DNA of 64,000 nucleotides, taken from positions 6,340,422 through 6,404,421 of the forward strand of contig NC_092678.1 in the NCBI RefSeq assembly GCF_964355755.1, in the 5' to 3' direction. A program made the position numbers and the translations under genes. Shown here in pieces: positions 1 through 11,898 of the stretch. Position 1 is the stretch's first letter. Each line of letters begins with the position of its first letter. The DNA comes from Antedon mediterranea. Lineage: Eukaryota; Animalia; Echinodermata. Below the pieces are notes generated by a model. The model did not search any database. It saw nothing but the letters and a program-made list of their open reading frames with translations, and was not told the DNA's origin.

Positions 1-100
1 GTAGAGAGTATAGAGTGAAACACGACGGGCACACGGCCGGCAGACAATTAATTTCTATAGGCCTCTCCTACTTCACGAACGAAAAGTTTAACTTTTGATT
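1..100 (+). other. Candidate non-coding (5' UTR/first) exon, possibly cut by the window edge
   Basis: CpG-retaining segment ends at a consensus donor GT AAGT (101-106). It is followed by ~400 bp of GC-richer DNA dense in TAGGC/GCCTA motifs. No coding evidence. Confidence 0.3.
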
Positions 101-1500
101 GTAAGTAAGTTTGTATGGCATAAATAACTGCGTAATACTTATTATTGTGGATTATTTAAAAAAAAAAAAGATAACGTTAAATGTATGCTTTTAAGGTCAC
201 CTCAGGTTTCCACCAAGGCCTATTCTTGTAATTAATTTATACCATTATTCTTACCGCAATTCTCCTAATAATAATCCTCTCTAGGAGGCCTGTAGGCTGT
301 AGAGTAGGAGTAGTAGGCCGTAGAGTAGTAGGCTGTGCGCCTGGGGGCTGAGCCCTACTCGCCTAACCCCCAGCCAGTAGGTATGAAGGGGAAATTAGCC
401 TTCCCTATCCCACCAATACTGGCCTTTTAGTAGAGTTGTAGGCAGGATGCCCTAACCTGCTCAGACAAATGCGCCTAAAGGCCTAATAGCCTAGGCTAGT
501 ACCCAAAAAATTGTTGTTTTTTTTCTGCTGTGGTTGGTATGGGAACTCAACACACACAGCATTGTTTTTTTCGGGTGGATTTACAACTCCCTGGATTTTT
601 AGGACAAAATGGCAAGGATTTTTATTTTACTTTTTAGGGATGGGAGTTCGGCAGTTGAAAAAGGAGAGGTACAATACAGTCAAAATATTATTCAGTATTT
701 ATTAATTCATGGTCAAACACAGTAAAATATGTACATGGTTTTAAATTTTCAAAATTATTTTTAGGCCTTCCATCTATCTGTGGCTTTTTCTCTCGCATCC
801 ACATAAATGTTAAATACAAAATATTCATAAAACCATCATTTTTAATTATCTAACCTATAATTTTGAAGAAACATTACTTAGGCCAACATTTTATTAATTG
901 ATTGGAGCATAAATTTACTATGTTTATAATGTGGGCTATTTTTTATATAGCCGGTGACGTCTATATATTTGGTGGAAAACTAAATATTGAGGCCGCTTTA
1001 TTTTGTATTATTACATAAAAGGTGCGCGCTATATTAAGTTATTAATACAAAGAGGACGCTACATTTAGCTACAAGTTATCACACACATTGGTCACTGAAA
1101 AAGTTGGCATATACTGTATAATAACTTAGTTATTAAATATTGTTTATCATCTTTGTGTTACTGTTAGGCATCATTGGAGCTCAGAATATACTGTATGAGA
1201 CATACTTGTTACAGTTATGCTCCCGTAAAGGATCACTTATTAAGCACTAATGACGTCCCACTAGACTGCAACATTTCTTAAGGTAGGCTTGAATTAAGTA
1301 GTTTAACATTAAACAATAATATCTTTAAAAAAAAATACATTAGGGATCATGTCTAAATTATTAAATTATTCTTAAGGCCTGGTTCACACTAGGATGCAAT
1401 GCAAGTTTGACCCATCATATGATCATCTGAACTGTTGCTTGTGATTGGTCAACTTGTGTTGCCCCTACATTGTTGCGTTACGTTGAAATGCAATTTAATC

Positions 1501-1729
1501 ATTTGTCGTATTCGATTTAGACTTTCACCATTGAGTGCAGTTTTTCCGTTGAGTACTTCTTTAACAGAGTATTTTGAGCGTTGAGATTGTTCTTAACGAA
1601 AAAGCTTTCGTTGTCAACGTTTTCTATTCAAATGACTTTCTGTTGAGCACAAATTTACAATTCGAATACAAAAAGTACTCAACGAATCTTTACGTTGACA
1701 ACGAAAGTTCCCAATCGAATACGACAAAT
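1501..1729. mobile_element. 229-bp MITE, superfamily unassigned
   Basis: Perfect 17-bp TIR ATTTGTCGTATTCGATT / AATCGAATACGACAAAT. ATC flanks both sides. Internal inverted pair CTTTCGTTGTCAACGT / ACGTTGACAACGAAAG. Confidence 0.75.
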
Positions 1730-2596
1730 ATCATCATTATACACAATGGAAAAATCTATTATTATAGTTATTTATAGTCACGGTAATAACCAGTGTGTAT
1801 GATTACCTTGAAAAAGCTTGCTTAATAGATGCATAAATTACTGCAGTAACTGCAGTAGAATAAGTTTGACATGCTCCCTTACTATAGTAGTATACAAACA
1901 ATCTTTATATTTTCTTCCCATGAATGTGCCTGATTATGAGAAAAAGTACATGAAAATTAATCACGCCAAATCTTATCTTATAAAGAGGTAATCGCCAGCG
2001 GAAGTTCATTCTCTTGTAATCTTTTATTTCCTTGGAGCGTTAAATGAAGCCGATATATACATACACGGTTATACAGTAAAAATGGCCTTGGGAATTCTTC
2101 AATAATTACTAAGATCTTACTGAGCTTAAGTAATAGAATTCTTTAATTCCCCCATTGAAAAATTAAGCAACATTTCCCCTGTTCAATTGTCAGACTATTC
2201 ATTCGTAATTTTGCTGATGTTTGACAGCGTTTAAAGTTTAAGTATCCTGGTACACATAAAGTACGTTAAAAACGTAAATCATGTTCACCTTGTACTCAAA
2301 TAACTTTTTAAATTAAAGCCATGTGAGTGCAGTCATCAAACACACTTGCCACTGAAAGGTGTAAGGTTTGAATGTTTGTTCTAATGATGTTACCGCATGC
2401 CTCGTAAGGTTCAATTACAGCTACTGTACATGTTATTGTTAGATAACTAACAGCATTCCTTTTTATATAGTAAAAACAGTTGGCCAACTGTGTGTTTGTG
2501 TGACAGTGTTTTAAGTTTAAACCATAGTTACATCTAACTGTAAATGTAACAAATTGGCTCATACAAAGAAACTTTTTAAACTGTTGGGAACACATA

Positions 2597-3293
2597 GGGC
2601 CTGTTAGTAGGGGTTGAAAATACCAGCTTATTCCCGATTTCCGTTCGCGTGACCCAATTAACTTTTGCCTCAGGCTACAAAAAATTTGAGGCAAAATGTT
2701 CACCAAATTTGCAGGTTATTTCAGCGATAATCCAATTATACTCGGCCTTCGAGGATAATAAATCTCCGATAGAGGCATTGTGTCAAATTTTGACAAACGT
2801 TCGCTGCCTAGGCCCGTCATTTCTCCTACGAAGCTCTTCCATACACGCTTCGAGAGCGATCGTCGGCTGGTGCTGTCCTTGTTGGTGTAGACCGCTTAGT
2901 AGGCCTAGCTGGTCGGTGGTGTTTCGTCTAACATTGGGCTCAAATTCTTCGTCAATGAGTAAAATAATGGTCGTCAGGAGAAGGCATATTTCGGCAGGAT
3001 TATCGGCGTTAAGAGGCATAAGGTTTGTCGCAAGGATAAGCAGTGTAAAAGGTAGCAAGTAATTGTTATTGTAAAGAAAGATCGCGAGTAAAAAATATAC
3101 AACAAGAAACTAGCGCGCGAAAATTGGGTCGTAGGTTGTAAAGACAAATGACCTTAAAACGTAATTTCCGGTTTGTGATTTGTCGATTAAGCATTCAAGC
3201 GGTTAAATATTTCAAGTACGAACGACGCTCAATTTATAACCCGACGCATGGGTGAAATTAAGCGCTTATTTTAACCACCGTACGAACACGACC
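2597..3293. mobile_element. ~700-bp non-autonomous PIF/Harbinger-like element, copy 1
   Basis: Near-identical to 9574-10276. Imperfect TIRs GGGCCTGTT(A/C)GTAGG / CCGTACGAACACGACC. 3-bp duplication ATA on both sides. Confidence 0.8.
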
Positions 3294-4019
3294 ATAGACT
3301 AACAGTATTATATGATGACACCATTAGCTGCAATGTATTATATAATGTATGTTTGGTGTTTGGAGTTTTGTTATCTGCTATATTAAATGAACTCATCAAA
3401 TGTCATCTTGTTGACAAATACCAGGAAGCCACCTCATTGGGAGGTGTTGCTAATGGAAGCAAATCAAAAGGACTACAGAATCATGTCTCAAAAAAGATAT
3501 ATTAATCCCCAGACCACTATAGCAAAACTCTACCCTATTCCCTGGATGCCTAAATTGATCCATGCCACCAGTCTAGCCTATCCCAAGGTGTCCAGTTCTT
3601 CAATCAGCAAATTTATCAATGTCTGTCCATTACTGTCAGGTGAATCTCAAATTCTATCCAAGGACTTTCTTAATTGTTAAGATAATGTTTTGGTGGTAGC
3701 CAATGTAGCATATTGGCCTACTGTACTTATTCTTGGTGTTATTTTCTCGTTAATTTTTCATACTCATTGCAGAAAAGTGGACTGTTTGTTGAGATATGTT
3801 TAGGTGAGAGCCACTTTAGCATGTTTGTTGGGTTAATGTTTCTTCAAGCTATTTATATACTGTAATTAACTATCTTTATAGAGAATGATATTAAGGTGTC
3901 CTCTGCAAATTGGCCTACTGATAAATGATGATGGTAGCAAACTACAGCCTAATTTTTAATAATTACCCTTCACTTATTACTAAACTTCACAATAGCCATT
4001 TTGAGGTTGCTATGTACAG

Positions 4020-4136
4020 TTCATCAGCCACAGTCACGTTTTTCTGCCAAAGCGGTTGCACATTCGTCTGCCAGAATTGATTTTTTCTGCCAAAGCAATT
4101 GCACATTCATCAGCCAGAGTCAACTTTTCCTGCCAA
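4020..4136. repeat. Degenerate ~43-bp tandem repeat, about 3 units
   Basis: TTCATCAGCCA(C/G)AGTCA..TTTTTCTGCCAAAGC..TTGCACA recurs three times. Confidence 0.7.
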
Positions 4137-4900
4137 TACTGTACGCGTCACCATATTAATTATTAGAGGTTAAATATAGAAGAAATCATATCTACAGTAT
4201 TGGTACACAGGATAGCATTATCAGCTAATTCTGTAGTGTGAACAGGGCTTTAATATCTATCCCTGGTGTTATTGAATTAATTGAATTAAAACCAGTAGGA
4301 ATAGGATACAAATTGATGGTGACAGATTAACTGCCTATACTACTTAATGGAAATACTCTTATCATAACACAACTCAAATTCACAGTCATCAACACCAAAT
4401 GCTATTACACTGAGATGTAAACAAACTGCTTTCTTTAATTGAAGAGTTATTAGGTTTTAGTAATTGAGGTTTTCAGTGTGAGAGATGCACTGAGATAGGT
4501 CAGCATACTGGTCAAATAGATGGGCGTCAATATGACCATTTTAAATGCATCTTATCTTTATTATTTTGAATATTTCTCAAAAGGGTCAATGTACAATAGT
4601 CCTTTGGAACCCAATAAGTGGTTGTTGGATGTTGGGTTACAATTATTTGTTTCACAGGAAATGTCTCCTTAATAATATGGATGTCTTCCTATTGATGTGA
4701 GTGTCTTTTAAATAGGAGCGCCCAAAGAATATTTTCTACTGTAGTAGTAATTTTATGTTTTACATCCTATCTCTTTTTCTGCGGTTGTGCCCAAGGATAC
4801 AACCAATACAAATAAAAAAAATTACATTATAATATGGCCATTGGCAGCTACTATTTAATTCATGGCATACTTTTTGGCAACCGTAAAAATCTAAAAAAGC

Positions 4901-6364
4901 AACTAGATTTAATTCGTCACTATGACGAATTATAGGTTATATGCATTGATTTAAATAAAGATAATTGATTGATTTAAGATATATTGATTGATTGATTTTC
5001 TCAGAATCATTAGTTATTTATAATATATGACAGGATCTTGCTAACGCAAATACAATAGCCGGTATCATAATCCGATCAAAGATCTTTCTGCGTATATAAT
5101 GTCATAAACCACATTTGTGTTTTTATTTAGATTTCATTATAAATCATGTGTATAATCTATACACTAAGAAATATAATTGAACAACCAATACGGATAATAA
5201 AAAAAATCTTATTTCGTTTGGTTTCCCAAGGTGAGACTCGAACTCGGTACTTGACTGCTATAGACACGAGCAAAGACCACCGAGCCATACACAACTGACT
5301 AAAAGTTATGGAAAAATTCCTCCGTGTATTTACTATGCAGTAACCACTTTGGTGCAGATAGATTATTACATACCGCAATGAATTATATTGTTTTACTATG
5401 ATGACATCTTTAAAAATTTAAAAAAATGATGCACTGTCAAACTATATACTTTTAACTTTAATATGAACTTCTTAAGGAAGAAAGTTAATGTTAAGTTTGT
5501 TATTTTGGCCTAAGAAAATGTTATAATTTGTTTGATTGTCGAAATTAATTTTGTTAAATTTAATATGCCATTAATGATGACTTAATCAACTTTTGTTCTT
5601 CTAATTTCATAATAAATCATACATATTATACATACACTTCAAGAAAATTAAATAAAAAATAGGTGTTCCCGAGCATTCTAACGATATATATTAATTTTAA
5701 AATTTAGCATATTTTCACCATTTTGTTAACTTACACGTGCGTAGCCTGTCACTTTTGACGTGCTCGTATAACGCTGTTTCGCGTTGAAAAGGGAATAAAA
5801 TATGATGATATTATTAAAGAAAGGTTATACAACAGTAATCGGACAAAAACAGTAAGCATTAACGTTTGACGCGCAGTGCGCGTGCAATAATCTGCGCACT
5901 CATGGCAATTTTTTAAACGGTTAAAATTGCCTGAAACGTACTCTAATTTCATCGAAAATAAATTCTGACAATTTTCAACATTTTAAGCGCGCGTACGCAT
6001 GCGTTATATGCGCTACGCACGTAATTGTATTGCCATATGATGAAATATGACCTGAAATTTATGAGTACCAAATTTTGTTTAATTGTGATTCATGCTTGTG
6101 AAGATATGATTACAAACGTGATTTCGTTAAATCGCGCGTAGACCGCATAATTTTTGATTGCGCATCGTGAAAACATAACCACATCGATTCCTGGCCATAA
6201 GGAATATACTCTGAAAAATTTACTTAGTTAGATGAAACTGATATCAAGATAATTGACGGACCAATAGTGCTAAGGAAAGAATAAATAAATAAATAAAGAA
6301 ATAAATAAAGATTCTGACAGAATCAAGAGGTTATATGCATGAATGCATGCATATAACCTAATAA
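4901..6364 (-). mobile_element. Helentron-associated non-autonomous element (HINE/DINE-1-like)
   Basis: On the minus strand, in order: subTIR AGGTTATATGCA with its nearby inverted copy (6328-6359), (TTTA)n microsatellite (6279-6309), body, second subTIR (4934-4945), stem-loop AATTCGTCA-3nt-TGACGAATT (4911-4931), terminal CTAGTT. Confidence 0.8.
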
Positions 6365-6428
6365 ATATTTAACTTTGTTTACCAATGAGTGTTCAGATAT
6401 CTGGTATTTTGAGGGCCAATAAATCTAA

Positions 6429-6761
6429 AGCTCTGTATACACTATCAAACTTTTTGTGACAGAAAAATGTGATGTGTCCATATATGGGCATGATGATGTC
6501 ATATCACTACCACCATATTTGAGCCTATCACTACCATCTCTTTTTTTGTGAAACTAGTTTGATAGTGTAGACAGCAATAATAAGTATCCCATAATGATGT
6601 AACAAAAATCATAAAGCACACTATTTCTACCGTAATTATATCATCACCCAATAGAAAAGAATATGAAGCATAAATATTTACCAATGGTATTAGAGTCCCA
6701 CGCTATTGTAGGTTTCACGGGATCATGTTAAAAACACCAGTTTGATAGTGTAGACAGAGCT
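6429..6761 (+). mobile_element. MITE family A (Harbinger-like) with right end caught in a local tandem duplication
   Basis: TAA|AGCTCTGTATACACTATCAAACT ... AGTTTGATAGTGTAGACAG at ~6574. A second right end ...GACAGAGCT|TAA lies at 6761. Confidence 0.8.
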
Positions 6762-6927
6762 TAATAAAATACTCCATCAAATAATGATGTGATTAAAGTC
6801 ATAAAGCACACTATTTCTACCGTAATTATATCATCACCCAATAGAAAAGAATATGAAGCATAAATATTTGCCAATGGTATTAAAATCCGATGCTATTGTA
6901 GGTTTCACAGGATCATGATAAAAACAC
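6557..6927. repeat. ~185-bp tandem duplication
   Basis: CATAAAGCACACTATTTCTACCGTAATTATATCATCACCCAATAGAAAAGAATATGAAGC occurs at ~6610 and ~6800. Confidence 0.85.
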
Positions 6928-7502
6928 GGGTTAGAATTCAGCTTAAAATCAATAATAATAATCGTACTAATTCACAAACTTGTTTTTCTTTCACACATCT
7001 TTGTGTGAGTTCGTGCTTTACATTCCCTTGAGATACTGAGGATTTAAGTATATTATTTGAATACAGATTAACACAGTTCGCAAGTACAGGTGAAATACTA
7101 AATAAAACCCTTTCATGTCTGTCTATGATTTTGTATACATTCAGAGTAACAACAGCCTCATAGCCAAGTGGTATAATAACCATTAAGAAAATACCAATTG
7201 CTACAAAGCCTTGTACAAGTTCTTAGAACTATCAAAAATATTTGTAATTGTTTCCCAAAATTCAATTTGAGGTTGTGTAGGTTCATATTTTTAAATTTAC
7301 CATCTTTTCAAATTAATTAGACTTATTATATAAATCAATTTATTTTTTGTGTGAAATTAATTTCCTTGTTGACTTGTTAACTTGTCGGCTTATATATTCC
7401 TTGGTGAGTCATAACTTTATTTTTATACCAAATCCAAATTGACCACAATGTAATGTTTTTCTGTAACCAACTTTGAAAAATGAGTTTTGGAGTTGACGAT
7501 TT

Positions 7503-7797
7503 AGATTATATCCATTTGTATAGCGCCATTCCAATGATCTTTGCTGATGCCCAGTGTTATACTTTTACTACTGACACTGACATGCTTGTGCGAGCTATAG
7601 TGCACCTTAGGTAACCTTGTGTGCCCATCTCAAATAATGTACTAGGTTCTTTAAAGTGAATTTACACTGGACCTACTCTACCTAGGCCTAGTCCTTACCT
7701 GAGAAGACTTGTTCTACCACGAGAACTATGAGTCTTGAACCGCCCATGCTGATATTGTATGGATGGATTGCAGTACTAACCGCTAGGCCAATCACTC
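7503..7797 (-). mobile_element. tRNA-derived SINE with Deu/Nin-like core and L2-type tail
   Basis: Minus strand has A-box TGGCCTAGCGGTTA and B-box GGTTCAAGACTC. The core GGTAGAACAAGT...CACTTTAAAGAACCTAGTACA is shared with 24143 and 28421. Tail reads GGCGCTATACAAAT. Confidence 0.7.
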
Positions 7798-8591
7798 AAT
7801 TAGTCTCCTAATTTCTTTTCATTTAATGCATAAATAATCACAAGTTTATCTAATGAATATCTATGTAATACAACTTTTTAAAATATTAAATATTCATGTT
7901 ATGTGTACTTTATTGCTACCACGTAATTATAATTGATACCTTAAAAAGGTATCTTGTCATGAAAGCATTTTTACACCCAATTATGAGCAGAATAATATAA
8001 CATTTGATTCTTTACAAACAAAAATGAAATTCATTTAATCTCATCTTTAATGCATTAAACCAATTTTTCAAAAGTACACTTCACTTAAGTTGTAAAGGAG
8101 AGCTTTATTTTGATGGGTCTGATAAATCACAACTGACGGCATCGTTGTGTCTTGTCGCTACCTCAATCTTTTGCTCTTTGTTTTAACATGAATTACCGCA
8201 GCCCAAATAAACGCATTTGTTTCCCGCAGCTTGTGGATCCGGCTGTAATCTGAAGATTAAAGCGCGTTCAGCAGTTTGTTCTCCTCGTTAGCGTAATTTC
8301 TGCATTTGGATTATTTCTAGTAATCCAGACCATTAACTTCTTACTCTATTTATCATAAGTACTGTACTGTACACTACATTGTAAGAAAGGACTTTGGTTT
8401 AAATAATGTACTGTAACTTATGATGCACCAACTTTAATAAGGAAAAATGAACTCAAGAAATTGGGAAAAAATTGTTTTAGTAGCAAGAAACATCAATTTG
8501 TTAAACAATGGCAAAAAAATTAAAAATGACAGTATTGTGCCAAAAATCCCGCCACTGATATAATACAGTACTGAGCCTCCACAGCATTTTT

Positions 8592-8924
8592 CAGTAGAAC
8601 TCTTATTAAGGGTCACCTTTGAGACCTACTAAGTTACTAACAATATGGCTGTCCCTTAATTTAAATAGGGGTTGGTTCGTTTCATCGAAAAGTATCCCTT
8701 AGGGGTGTTCTGAATAGAGGAATCGTTGTCCTTTAAATCAAGGTGTCTCCTTAATAGGTGTCCTGTTAATAGACTGAGGCGACTCCTTTTTATAGGGTTG
8801 TCCTCTGAATAGAGGCGTCTCCTTAATAGGGTTGTCCTCTAAATACTCCTCTAATGTGTCTCCTTAATAGGGGTGTCCTGAATAGAGGCGTCTCCTTATT
8901 TATCCCGCAAGAAGGACTATACTG
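8592..8924. mobile_element. Tc1/mariner (pogo-like) MITE family B
   Basis: Termini CAGTAGAAC...ACTATACTG. Internal reiterated GGTGTCC/CCTTAATAG motifs. Related copies at ~49915 and ~60403. Confidence 0.6.
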
Positions 8925-9573
8925 TGAAAAGTGTGAACATTTTATTTTTTATTCATATTTTAAATCAAATCTGTTTTCTATTTATAGATGAATAATTATC
9001 CTATTCTATTCATTGCCAGCCATTCTGTTTGTCCTAATTAGTAATTTAGCAAATCCATAGGTTTTCATCCCATTCCTATCTGTTTTCTGGGATTAATATC
9101 CATATAAAGTGACCACATAAATAGGTCATTGCCCAGTCAGTAACACTAAAAGGTTAAATAGGACATTATAGGTCTATGTAAATGATGTTTGACAATATAA
9201 TGATCATTTTCAACACGTTTTTACACCTATATTATCAAAATTTATTGTTGAATATTATTAAATAAAGGGAAAGTGTTAAAGGTTAAGCCTTAAGGGAACA
9301 AGTAAGTGGAGTAAATGTGGAATAAATAAGATTTTGTGAAAAGAGAAATTAATCATCAATATTCCAAAAGCGAGTTATTTATGTTAAAAACCATTGACCA
9401 TGTCAAAGGAATTTTATGTTGAAAATAAATTATGATTTTCTTGCTGTTAATTATGACAAACATTCTTATAATGAGGTCAGCTCCAGAACAGAATGCTTAG
9501 CACGTTGTATATTATCAACAAAGGTTTATTAAAATTTATGAGCAGTTTCTAGGATCTGGGTGCTTTACATTTA

Positions 9574-10276
9574 GGGCCTGTTCGTAGGGGTTGAAAATAC
9601 CAGCTTATTCCCGATTTCCGTTCGCGTGATCCAATTAACTTTTGCCTCAGGCTACAAAAAATTCGAGGCAAAATGTTCACCAAATTTGCAGGTTATTTCA
9701 GCGATAATCCAATTATACTCGGCCTTCGAGGATAATAAATCTCCGATAGAGGCAAAACGTTCGCTGCCTAGGCCCGTCATTTCTCCTACGAAGCACTTCC
9801 ATACACGCTTCGAGAGCGATCGTCAGCTGGTGCTGTCCTTGTTGGTGTAGACCGCTTAGGAATACACCCCGCTTAGTAGGCCTAGCTGGTCGGTGGTGTT
9901 TCCGTCGTGTAACATTGGGCTCAAATTCTTGGTCAATGAGTAAAATAATGGTCGTCAGGAGAAGGCATATTTCGGCAGGATTATTGGCGTTAAGAAGCAT
10001 AAGGTTTGTCGCAAGGATAAGCAGTGTAAAAGGTCTAGCAAGTAATTGTTATTGTAAAGAAAGATCGCGAGTAAAAAATATACAACACGAAACTAGCGTG
10101 CGAAAATGGGGTCGTAGGTTGTAAAGACAACTGACCTTAAAACGTAATTTCCGGTTTGTTATTCGTCGATTAAGCATTTAAGCGGTTAAATATTTCAAGT
10201 ACGAACAACGCTCAATTTATAACCCGAGGCATGGGTGAAATTAAGCGCTTATTTTAACCACCGTACGAACACGACC
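9574..10276. mobile_element. ~700-bp non-autonomous PIF/Harbinger-like element, copy 2
   Basis: Direct-orientation near-copy of 2597-3293 with the same termini but unrelated flanks (TTA left, ACA right). Confidence 0.8.
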
Positions 10277-11557
10277 ACAGTAAGCTGATTGGTAGAAACT
10301 TAATTACAGTTATAAATATAACATTACATAGCCTACTGTTTCGATAGATTTTGTAAAGGTTTCACCAAAAGGGCTGGGCATGGAAAAAGTGAAGGGAAAG
10401 CAACAATGAAAATATGTTATTTGTATTTTAAAAATTCTTTATTTCGTTTGTTAATGTTATTTTTTATATTTTGTACATAATTTAGTTTAAAGTTTCCTTG
10501 TAAATAGGCCTATTGTTAAATCATTTTTTTCTACTAATTTTTATTTTACTTACTCTGGACGCACCTTCATTCAAGAAGTGTTTCAAAAGTGTAGCTTCCA
10601 AATAAATTATTATATTATTAAAAAGGTGATTGATCACAATTACACATGACTATGCACTGTGTGTTTCAACAAATATTGACTGCATTTATTGTTTGTGTTA
10701 TAACATTTAAGACCCCCAGAGGGAATTAAATTTTTCTTGAGGGATTATATTGACTGCATCATACAGTCAATATCTGTATACTGTGCAATATAAAATTTCA
10801 AGTTATTGTCAGCAAACAACAACAAACAACATATCAGCAGAAATGTGGCATTCTAACTATATTAAATTTATCACCGGTATTGCCTAAGATTTAATGTTAA
10901 TAAATTTAACACCAGTGAGTTTTAATTTAGCAGGCTAAATTATCTATTATACTTCTTTCTCTCCCAGCATTCATAATTTTATAATTAAATAATTATTTTC
11001 ATATAAATTCTACCCATTAAACCTGAATATTCCCAGCTGTCTTCTTGTCAACTATGCACTAATTTCTTGAAAAGCTTAATTGCAATTTCATCACATTATT
11101 TTTGGACATTACATTTTCTTGATGTCAGAGTCTAGACATATGATGATAGATTAAATAAAACATGATAATACATTGTGTTGTTTTAATCTATATTTTCTTG
11201 TAGCAAATACAATTTGAAAAGACATATTATAGTATACAGTTTGTGTACATTACCTAATTTGTTATGGTTTACTAAATTGTGGGACAAATGCACCTTAATT
11301 TTGATTGTTACAGTAGTAGCCTAGGTGATATGTGCGATATGAAAATTGTGAACACTGTAGATATAGGGAGGGGTTTGGGATTAAGAAAGTGGTAGTAAAT
11401 AGGCTGGCCTAACTCATGACAATTTACCCAATTTCTATCTAGCCAGCAGGAAAATTCAATTTACTGGCTAGGCCTAAAACAATCCTTTCTTTGGACTGTT
11501 ACTATCATTTTTAGTGCTTACTTACACTCATGTATGTCCCTTTTTTGCCCTGTAACT

Positions 11558-11800
11558 ATAATAATAATATCCTGGATTTATAAAGTAATGTTATGGAAGC
11601 TTTTTATATTATTATCCTGGTCATCTTTTTTGATTAAACATAATGCAGTATCAGCGCAAAGTTGTGTCTTTACATTACCAATACCAGTACCCATTTGTAC
11701 ACCTGGGTGGAGAGATGCAAAAGTAAGAAAGTGTCTTGCCTAAGGATGATACAAGCAATGCGACAAGTGTTGGATTCAAACCCACTGGACCACATGCCCT
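11558..11800 (-). mobile_element. Degenerate tRNA-derived CORE-type SINE
   Basis: Minus strand has B-box GGGTTTGAATCC, core CCTTAGGCAAGACACTT...CTCTCCACCCAGGTGTACAAATGGGTAC, and an (ATT)n tail. Confidence 0.65.
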
Positions 11801-11898
11801 TACTTACAGTAAGGCCTTCTATAACAAAACATAGCACATCACATAGGTTTTACCGGGGTTTTACACAGACACATAATGCGCCACATGCACTTACTTAA

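Noticed and set aside
2308-3062. ORFs of 132, 137 and 91 aa as host genes
   Set aside because: They lie in or across a repeated non-autonomous element, mostly lack ATG starts, and have no recognisable domain.
3387-3680. 97-aa ORF, and a minus-strand DSNGQTLINLL resembling a LINE endonuclease motif
   Set aside because: A single short motif amid stops; insufficient without a database search.
4236-4272. CAGGG..CCCTG 23-mer with 5/7 flanking repeat as another P-type footprint
   Set aside because: Only 5-bp inverted ends and an imperfect duplication; compatible with chance.
7720-7797. tRNA gene
   Set aside because: A and B boxes are present but there is no cloverleaf; it continues into a SINE core.
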